Shown: positions 56,763 through 64,000 of the stretch, piece by piece
Numbering within the stretch: position 1 is the first letter of the stretch
Layout: each line of letters begins with the position of its first letter
NCBI GenBank assembly: GCA_963843575.1
Contig: CAWJKZ010000019.1
Coordinates: 464,907-528,906 of the forward strand
Direction of reading: 5' to 3'
Source of the DNA: an uncultured Acidobacteriota bacterium
GTDB taxonomy: Bacteria; Acidobacteriota; UBA6911
Length of the DNA: 64,000 nucleotides
Position numbers and translations under genes: made by a program
The notes under the pieces: generated by a model
The model's database searches: none
The model's input: only the letters and a program-made list of their open reading frames with translations
What the model was told of the DNA's origin: nothing

Positions 56763-58400
56763 TCAATTGCGCGGCAACGAGGCGACCACAGGGACACCGA
56801 GGTAAGCCTCCACTTCGTCCGCGGTCCGGAACGAGGGATCCGTGTAGTCGACGGTCAGTGCCAGTCCGAGGCTCACGAGGACCGCCAGGATGAAGCCCAG
56901 TGTCAGGTTCAGGAACCAGTTGGGGCCGGCCGGCAGCGCCGGGGCGGTCGCGGCTTCCGCAATGGCGACGTTGACGATCCGCGTGTGGTCCAGCGCATCC
57001 GAGATGCGTGCCTCTTCCTGTTTGCGCTGGTAGAGGAGATAATTCTCCTCCACGGTTTTGGCCGTGCGGACGAGATCGGTGTGCCGGACTTCCGTGCGGC
57101 TGATCCGAGCGGCCCTCTCGCGCACGGCAGCCAGGCTCTTTTGAATCTGCGCCGATCGTGCGTTCAGGGTTGCCATCTCGGCGCGAGCACGGACCAGTTC
57201 TTCGTCCAACCACAGACGTGTTTTGTCCAGATCCGTCGATTCGTCGCGCAGCGGTTTGCTCTCGGCCTGCGCCACGGCCTCGCGCGCCTGCGCAATCTTC
57301 GCATCGATCTCCTGCACCGCGCGATAGCCGGGCTCGTACTTCGTGAGCAGCTCGGTACGTTTCATCTCGAGGTCCAGGAGAGTAGATTTCAGCTCCTGCA
57401 GCAGAATGGGATTGTCGGAAGTGCGCACCTGCGTGATCACCCGCGCCGGCGTCACCGCCACCTGGGCCTCGAGCGACCGGATGCGCTCTCCCACCGCGGC
57501 TTTAGCCGTCTCCGATTCACGCAGCTGCGCCTCGACTTCGCTCAATCGGCGCAGCGTGATGTCCTTTTCAATCTCGATCGAGACGACCCCTTCCTGCTTG
57601 TTGAAATCGGCTAATTGTGTTTCGGCGTTTGCCAGCCCCTTTTGGTACTGGTCTGTTTGCTGCCTGAAAAAGTCCAAGGCGCCGGGAGGGCGGTGAACCG
57701 CCAGGTGTTTGTCCAGATAGAGTCCTGAGAGCGTCTGGAGAACCTGCGCGGCCATCTTGGGGTCCCGCGCCTCATAGCGGACCTCGATCAATTTCGACTT
57801 CGCAATCGGCTCGACCTTAAGGTCCTCTTCCAGTGCACGCACAGCCCGCGGGATCCTCAAGTCTTCCCCTCGGTCGCCAAGCGCTTGAGAGTTCATCAGT
57901 CGATTGAGGAAAGACGACTTGCCGCTCGTGTGCAGCCCGCACGACACGACGACCTTCTCCAGAAGGTCGCGGCTTTTCAATAGCTCCACCTCGGAGTTGA
58001 GATCTTCCAATGTCAGGTCCTGCACGACAACGGACTGCGCATTGGACACAGGAGTTACCAGAGGATCGACCCGCTCGCGTTTGACCAGAATCTTCATACT
58101 GGCCTCATACCGCCTCGGGAGCATCCAAGTCCCCAGGACGACGCCGAGGAAGATCGAGAGGAATGAGCATACGAGCAGACTGCGGTGCCGGAAAAGTACG
58201 GCCACGAAGTCGCGCAACGTCGGGGAGCGCATCTGGCCGCGTATGGGAACCCTCAAAATCGGTTCTTCCCCAAGTGTTCCCATCACCACTGTGTGGTCGG
58301 ACACGCTCGGGGAGCGCGTCCCGCTGGGAACGGGGGCGTTGGTCATTGGTTCTTCCATGGGTTCTTCCTGACCCCTATCGGGTGGGGGCGTAAATGCCAA
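56763..58400 (-). CDS. Polysaccharide copolymerase (Wzc N-terminal / GumC-like)
   Basis: Two TM helices, YEASMKILV, SEVELLKSR, coiled coil, LGVPVVAS; exact start uncertain. Confidence 0.88.
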   Translation of the reverse strand: MAFTPPPDRGQEEPMEEPMTNAPVPSGTRSPSVSDHTVVMGTLGEEPILRVPIRGQMRSPTLRDFVAVLFRHRSLLVCSFLSIFLGVVLGTWMLPRRYEASMKILVKRERVDPLVTPVSNAQSVVVQDLTLEDLNSEVELLKSRDLLEKVVVSCGLHTSGKSSFLNRLMNSQALGDRGEDLRIPRAVRALEEDLKVEPIAKSKLIEVRYEARDPKMAAQVLQTLSGLYLDKHLAVHRPPGALDFFRQQTDQYQKGLANAETQLADFNKQEGVVSIEIEKDITLRRLSEVEAQLRESETAKAAVGERIRSLEAQVAVTPARVITQVRTSDNPILLQELKSTLLDLEMKRTELLTKYEPGYRAVQEIDAKIAQAREAVAQAESKPLRDESTDLDKTRLWLDEELVRARAEMATLNARSAQIQKSLAAVRERAARISRTEVRHTDLVRTAKTVEENYLLYQRKQEEARISDALDHTRIVNVAIAEAATAPALPAGPNWFLNLTLGFILAVLVSLGLALTVDYTDPSFRTADEVEAYLGVPVVASLPRN

Positions 58401-59079
58401 TTGAAGACGAAGGTATGAAAGCTCTGATCTTGGAGAGCGCGTTTCTGGGCACGTAGATCATGTCGCCTGGACGAAGATGGAGGTCTTCACTCAGATCCGC
58501 GCTGGCGAGCATCTCCTTCATGTCGAGCTTCTTGACCTCCGTCCACTGGCTCGAGACTTTCCGAAACAGCAACACCTGAGAGTGCTTCGATCTTTCATTG
58601 AAGCCGCCCGCTATGCCGATGGCCTCCACAACCGTCGTATCACCGCGGAGCTCGTATTTCCCGGGGTGGCCAAGCTCGCCGTGCGCGATGAAGTAAGGTT
58701 TTTCAAAATCCTTGAGCACCACCGTAACGACCGGATCGTGAAGGATGCGGGAGTAGTTCTTCTGAAATATCTGAGTCAGCTCCGGAGTCGTCTTGCCGGC
58801 GACGTGCAGATCCGGGAGTTCGCGGAGGTTCACGTAGCCGTCGGGCTGCACCGTGACCGTCTGGTTGAAATCGGGAGTAAACCGGAAAATGATCTCGAAG
58901 GTGTCTCCGACACGGATTTCGTAGCGCGGATTCGGGGTCTGGAGCACCGGCTCCGCGGATCGCTGCATCTGACCCGGGGGCCCGCCCGCGTCGGGTGGAA
59001 CCTGCCCCATCGCGGGCATCAGGGACGTTCCCAACATCAACACCAGCGGGATCATCAAAGCGTGCCTATGCTGCATCAC
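58375..59079 (-). CDS. wza: Polysaccharide export protein (Wza/OPX family)
   Basis: YEIRVGD, VTVQPDG, GEL.HPG.Y, AIGIAGG, LRPGDMIYVP; GGAGG RBS. Confidence 0.9.
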   Translation of the reverse strand: MMQHRHALMIPLVLMLGTSLMPAMGQVPPDAGGPPGQMQRSAEPVLQTPNPRYEIRVGDTFEIIFRFTPDFNQTVTVQPDGYVNLRELPDLHVAGKTTPELTQIFQKNYSRILHDPVVTVVLKDFEKPYFIAHGELGHPGKYELRGDTTVVEAIGIAGGFNERSKHSQVLLFRKVSSQWTEVKKLDMKEMLASADLSEDLHLRPGDMIYVPRNALSKIRAFIPSSSIGIYAPTR

Positions 59080-59144
59080 ATGCCTCCCTCGGGCACTAAG
59101 CACCCCATTTCGCAAGGAGCTGGTCACCGATTGACAACAGCAGA

Positions 59145-59410
59145 ACGCGGATCTTCGCGGATTTTGCGGATTCACGCGGATCGGCCGCGCCCGGCATTCC
59201 TCCCCGAGGGCCGGCGCTTCGCGCCGAGGCATCAAAGCCCGGCTCCCGCAGGAAAGCGCGCGGTTGGAAGGATGCCGCTTCGATTCAAGGTCCACGTTTT
59301 CCTGCGGGAGCCGGGCTTTGATGCGTGCCAAAGGTAGCCCTCGGGGAGGAATGCCGGGCGCGGCCTGCCACCAGGTAAAAATCCGCGTGCATCCGCGCAA
59401 ATCCGCGTCC
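59145..59410. repeat. ~265-bp nested inverted-repeat element
   Basis: Perfect 29-bp arms (59183-59211 / 59337-59365) and 27-bp arms (59229-59255 / 59298-59324) inside family-3 repeats. Confidence 0.85.
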
Positions 59411-59491
59411 TGGAAACGTTAGCGTATTTCTGAGCACGGGAACCCTAACACCTGAGACGGCGGCTTGGCTGCTCGGTTGGAACGAGGAGGA

Positions 59492-60636
59492 TCAGCCGAG
59501 TGCGGCCGCGTGTTTCGTCGATACAAACCGACCGACAGCCTCGGCGACCTGGAGCTGCTGGGCTGGTTGGAGCTGGGGGAACATCGGGAGAGAGAGGATT
59601 TCGGACGCGACCCTCTCGGTGACCGGTAAGCGGCCGAATCGCATGGAGGAATACGCATTTTGCCGGTGTAGCGGGACGGGGTAGTGTAGGGCCGTGCCGA
59701 TGCCGGCGGTTGAAAGATGCTCCTGAAGGCGGTCACGGCCCGGGACCCGGATTACATATAGATGGTAGACGGCGCGGGACCAGTCCGGCTCATACGGGAG
59801 AATGACGCCCGAGAGAAGGTCCGCATACCGGGCCGCGGCCTGGCGGCGCTGCTCGTTCCACTCCTCGAGGTGGCGCAGCTTGACCCGCAGAATGCCGCAC
59901 TGAATGGCGTCCAGGCGGCCGTTGTAGCCTTCGATTTCGTGGTAGTACTTCTTCGACTGGCCGTGGTCGCGCAGCATGCGGATCTTCTGCGCCAGTGCCG
60001 CATCGTTCGTCGTGACAGCGCCGCCTTCGCCGCAGGCGCCGAGGTTCTTGCCGGGATAGAAGCTGAAAGCGGCGGCGCGGCCCATCGAGCCGGCACGGAA
60101 CCAGCGGTTCTGCCTGCGGGAAAAGTACTCCGCGCCGTGGGCCTGGCAGGCGTCTTCGATCACGAGCAGGTTGTGCTCCTCTGCGAGCTCCAGGATGGGG
60201 TCCATGTCGGCCATCTGGCCGTACAGATGCACCGGGATGACCGCCGTCGACGCGGATTCCCTGCTGTCTCCAGGTACTCCCGCAGCTTCTCCGGGTCCAT
60301 GTTGTAGGTGCGCTCGTCGATGTCGACGAAGGCAATCGTCGCGCCGGCCTGCGAGATCGCTTCCGTGGTGGCGATGAAGGTGTTCGGGACCGTGACGACC
60401 ACGTCACCCTGGCCGATGCCGGCGGCCATCAACGCGAAGCGCAGGGCGTCGGTGCCGCTGCTTACCGCTACGCAGTGGGTGGTGTCGCAGAATGCGGCAA
60501 ACTCCTTTTCGAAGCCCTCGACCTCGGGGCCGCCGATGAAGCCGGCCGGTGTGAAGCGCATTGCGCGACGACGGCGAGGAGTTCCTCTTCTAGTTCGAGC
60601 GTGCGGGGTAATCAGGTCCAGGAATGGGATTGGCAT
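59492..60636 (-). CDS. DegT/DnrJ/EryC1/StrS aminotransferase (frameshifted)
   Basis: SSGTDAL, HLYGQ, EDACQAHG, FSFYPGKNLG..GEGG. Confidence 0.93.
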
Positions 60637-60739
60637 ACAATCCTGTTTGCCTCGAAAGCTCAACTTATTTCGGACGCGGATGAACGCGGATCCGTACGGA
60701 TTCACACGGATCGGCCGCGTGAAATCCGCGTACGCTTGT

Positions 60740-61234
60740 TCAAGTCTTCCGAAGGGTTCGAAGATACCGTCGAGAGATGACGCGCGGCGGGATTGCCGGC
60801 GACGATGGTGTTGGCGGGGACGTCGCGCGTGACCACGCTGCCGGCGCCTACCATTGCATTTTCGCCGATCGTGACGTTGGCCAGGATCGTGCCGCCGGAA
60901 CCGATCGAGGCGCCCTTTTCACCAGCGTCTTCTCGACCTTCCAGTCGGACTCGGTCTGGAGGCGGCCGCCGGTGGTCGCGCGCGGGTAGAGGTCGTTGAT
61001 GAACGTGACGCCGTGGCCCACGAAAACGTCGTCCTCGATCGTGACCCCTTCGCAGATGAACGTGTGGCTGGAGATCTTGCAGTTGTTGCCGACGGAGGCG
61101 TTTTTCTGGATCTCGACGAAGGCGCCGATCTTCACGTTGTCGCCGATCGTGCAGCCGTAGAGGTTGATGAACTTCGAGAGCTTGACGTCCTTGCCCATTT
61201 TGACGTCGGGCGCGATGCAGAGGAAGTCGCTCAT
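60740..61234 (-). CDS. Hexapeptide-repeat sugar N-acyltransferase (frameshift near 60920)
   Basis: [37 protein letters not shown]. Confidence 0.88.
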
Positions 61235-62232
61235 AGATAGACCATGCCCCCTTTGTTGGCGAGGGACGCGTCGGTAGCCTCCAGCATCCGCACCACCTGC
61301 AGGCCCGACATGCCGTCGTTGAAGGGGGCCTCGTCCTTCTCGATGCAGTCGAGGAAGTACTGCGTCTCCACCTTCAAGGCTTCCACCTGCTCGATGCGCG
61401 GGGCCCACATGTCCCCCATCCGGTAGCTGACCAGCATCTCGTACTGCCCCTCGCGGTCCAACTTCTTCACGCCCCTGTCGTAGACCTTGATCTTCTCGTC
61501 GGGCTCCAGGTCGTTCCAGACCAGCATCTTCTTTTCGCCGCCGATCAGCGTCGTCCGGACCTTCACCGGCGAGAGCCAGTTCACGTTGAAGTGGGCGATC
61601 ACGTTGTTCCCGAAATACACCGTGATGTAGGCGACGTCCGCCGTGCCGTTGACGTGGTTCTCTCCCGTCGCGACCATGGCCAACGGCTTCTGCGGGATCA
61701 GGTACTGCATGATCGAGAAGTCGTGCGGGGCGAGGTCCCAGATCACGTTCACGTCGGATTGGAACAGCCCCAGGTTGACACGCATGGAGTCGTAGTAGTA
61801 GAGCCGCCCCAGGGCGTCGGCGTCGATCAGCTCCTTGATCTTGCGGACGGCACCGGTGAAGAGGAAGGTGTGGTCCACCATGATCTTCAGGTGTTTCCGT
61901 TCGGCGAGGTTGATCAGCTCCTCGGCCTGGGACGAGCGGAAGGTGAAGGGCTTCTCGACGAAGACGTGCTTGCCGTTCTCGAGGGCCTTCTTGGCGAGGG
62001 GGTAGTGCATGTCGACATGGGTGACGATCGCAACAGAGTCGATCTCCGGGGAGGTGAGGATGTCGTCGGAATCCCGGGTGAGATTGATGCCGGGGAAACT
62101 CTTGCGGGCGCGGTCGAGGGCTCTTGGATTGACGTCGCAGACAGATCGGACGCAGCTGCGATCGTGGGATTGGAAGTTTCGGACTATGTTGGGGCCCCAG
62201 TAGCCGAATCCGACGATGCCGATCGTAATCAT
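61231..62232 (-). CDS. Gfo/Idh/MocA oxidoreductase (nucleotide-sugar dehydrogenase-like)
   Basis: [19 protein letters not shown]; ATGA overlap with the acyltransferase. Confidence 0.92.
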   Translation of the reverse strand: MITIGIVGFGYWGPNIVRNFQSHDRSCVRSVCDVNPRALDRARKSFPGINLTRDSDDILTSPEIDSVAIVTHVDMHYPLAKKALENGKHVFVEKPFTFRSSQAEELINLAERKHLKIMVDHTFLFTGAVRKIKELIDADALGRLYYYDSMRVNLGLFQSDVNVIWDLAPHDFSIMQYLIPQKPLAMVATGENHVNGTADVAYITVYFGNNVIAHFNVNWLSPVKVRTTLIGGEKKMLVWNDLEPDEKIKVYDRGVKKLDREGQYEMLVSYRMGDMWAPRIEQVEALKVETQYFLDCIEKDEAPFNDGMSGLQVVRMLEATDASLANKGGMVYL

Positions 62233-62254
62233 GGGAGGGTCTCGGAAAAACTCG

Positions 62255-62335
62255 CCAAGGCGCCGCACTCCAAAGCGCCCGAATCTGGAGTGCGGCGGCT
62301 CGACGCCGCTTTGTGGGCGGCGCCTGGGCGCCGCA
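62255..62335. repeat. Family-2 REP cluster
   Basis: CGCCGCACTCCA...TGGAGTGCGGCGGCTCGACGCCGCTTT. Confidence 0.75.
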
Positions 62336-62351
62336 CGGAAGACACGGGAAT

Positions 62352-63450
62352 CTACCAGGCGCCTTGGCCGGAGATTACGGCCAGGGGGGTTTTGGCAAGG
62401 ATTTTCACGTCCAGCCAGAGGGATTGGTGCTGGATGTAGCGGAGGTCGAGGCGGACCATCTCGTCGAACGTCGTCCGGCTGCGGCCTTCGACCTGCCAGA
62501 GGCCGGTGATGCCGGGCTTCACTTCTATTACTCGGCGGCGGTGCCAGTGGCGGTAGTTGGCCACCTCGTAAGGGACCGGGGGGCGTGGGCCCACCAGCGA
62601 CATGTCGCCCTTGATCACGTTCACCAGCTGCGGGAGTTCGTCCAGGCTGCTCTTGCGCAGGAAGCGGCCCACGGGTGTCACCCGCGGGTCGTCCTGGATC
62701 TTGTAGGTGGGTTGCGCCACCTGGTTTTCAATCAGGTTTTTCACAAACTGCTCGTGGATGGCCGGGTCGTTGTTCACCTTCATGGTGCGGAATTTCAGGA
62801 ACCAGAACTCCCGGCCGAAGCGCCCCAGGCGGCGCTGTTTGAACAGGACGGGTCCGTCCGAGGTCAGCTTGATCAGGGGGGCGACGACGAGAAGAACAGG
62901 CGCAAAGAGGACCAGGCCGACGAGGCTGCCGGCTACGTCGATCACGCGCTTCAGAAACAGATAGGGGGCCTTGGATTTGTCGCGATCCTTCAGGTCGGGG
63001 TAGAGGTCCCGGTCCGTTTTGGATTCGTCTTCGGGGAAGAAGTGGAATGAAACCGCGATCTGCCTGAGCTGCTCAGGCTTGAACACTTCGCCCAGGGCGC
63101 GCTCCGTCTTCGCCATCAGCGCGGTCTGCACCGCGGAACGCTCGGCGCCGCGCAGGGCGGTGTAGATGGCTCCCAGGGCGCCAGGGGACCGATACCAGCC
63201 GTAGACGTCCGTCTCGCGGCTGTCCAGGCGCAACGCGGCAGAGATGTCCGCAACGCGCGGCGGCAAGGTGCTGCCGTTGAGGGAGGCCAGGTCCATGATC
63301 ATCAAAACAAAAGGGTCCCCGGTCCGCTCGGTGCGGCGCCTCTCGAGCGCAAGCGTCCGATTAAATGCTTCCTGATCGAGTAGTAAGTTTGGCTCTTGCA
63401 CGGGATTTGGAAGTTTGATCGGGTTGGGTAACGCGCGGCCGGCCGATCAT
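62352..63450 (-). CDS. Priming phosphoglycosyltransferase with N-terminal degenerate GGDEF-like domain
   Basis: [46 protein letters not shown]; ORF starts at GTG 63401, likely true ATG at 63450 via an indel. Confidence 0.9.
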
Positions 63451-63701
63451 ACTTCCTGCTCCTTCCACTCGGATTTACGGATGAGCCGCCGCACTAGTTT
63501 GTCGAGCTCCTCGACCCGCCCCCTCAGGAGCTCGAATTCGAGCTCCATGCGCGTGTTTCCGATCTGACGGCACGCGGCCATGCGGGCGTAGTCCGAGAGG
63601 CTGCGCGCACCCTGGCTGATGCAGGTTTCCATCATCGAATGGTATTCTTCGTCGGAGAGCCGGAAACTTACGATACGAGACCGGCGTTTCATTATAACCA
63701 T
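63447..63701 (-). CDS. Small ribbon-helix-helix (MobC-like) protein
   Basis: RIVSFRLSDEEY....C...GARSLSDYAR followed by a coiled coil. Confidence 0.7.
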   Translation of the reverse strand: MVIMKRRSRIVSFRLSDEEYHSMMETCISQGARSLSDYARMAACRQIGNTRMELEFELLRGRVEELDKLVRRLIRKSEWKEQEV

Positions 63702-64000
63702 GTGAGCTCCATGGTGTTACGGGAACCTCGAGGGCTCGAAGGCTCGAGGGCTCGGATTGCTGAGCGTGTAGGGCTTCGCCCCTTCACTCACAGCCACGGA
63801 AACGTGTGGTCCGCCTGGACGTGGCTGTAAGGGCGGTTGTTTTTTTGTATTTTGGGGAAGCCTACGGCTGTTGCGGGCTTATTGTCCATGGCCCGCCGGT
63901 AGCAGCCGTGTAGCACCGATGTGCTATCGTTGTATACGGAGTGACATTAGCGCATGAAGAACGACAAGGAGACGACTTACGATGTTTGATTTACGGTTTA

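Noticed and set aside
500-63450. Mass pseudogenisation or programmed frameshifting
   Set aside because: Single-base indels are scattered through otherwise well-conserved genes and are patchy (many at 3.7-5.8 kb and 37-61 kb, none evident at 6.5-19.6 kb), which fits low-coverage long-read error. Polishing is needed to confirm.
63447-63701. Plasmid mobilisation region (mobC/oriT)
   Set aside because: No relaxase, coupling protein or replication gene in the window; the ORF is coupled to the sugar transferase.
63700-64000. JUMPstart/ops element or c-di-GMP riboswitch
   Set aside because: No GGCGGTAG ops motif on the minus strand and no riboswitch consensus recognisable by eye.

Overview
GC-rich bacterial DNA; the gene content suggests Acidobacteriota (inference). 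Many genes carry single-base frameshifts that look like long-read consensus errors. Left part (1-19 kb): Tat-exported Gfo/Idh/MocA oxidoreductases, an Oar-type TonB-dependent receptor, a LysE exporter with a sigma54 two-component pair, tpx, two PIG-L deacetylase paralogs separated by a 1.2 kb mosaic REP-derived tandem array, a hybrid PAS histidine kinase, a Tat TIM-barrel protein and a Phd/VapC toxin-antitoxin pair. Right part (19.8-63.7 kb): a ~44 kb surface-polysaccharide locus, mostly on the minus strand. It has Wza/Wzc/Wzx/Wzy-type genes, a second Wzm/Wzt ABC system, many glycosyltransferases and nucleotide-sugar enzymes. It also has a tailoring set (ATP-grasp ligase, FemAB-like and CelD-like GNATs, methyltransferases, deacetylase, amidotransferase, NadE-like), an ExeA-TM-LysM ATPase and three secreted plus-strand proteins. 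Most interesting: the priming phosphoglycosyltransferase has an N-terminal degenerate GGDEF-like domain with an intact RxxD motif (candidate c-di-GMP-gated initiation), sits behind a small RHH-like gene, and is paired with a BY-kinase lacking the Walker A Lys. At least three families of palindromic intergenic repeats occur. No rRNA, tRNA, CRISPR array or transposase was seen.
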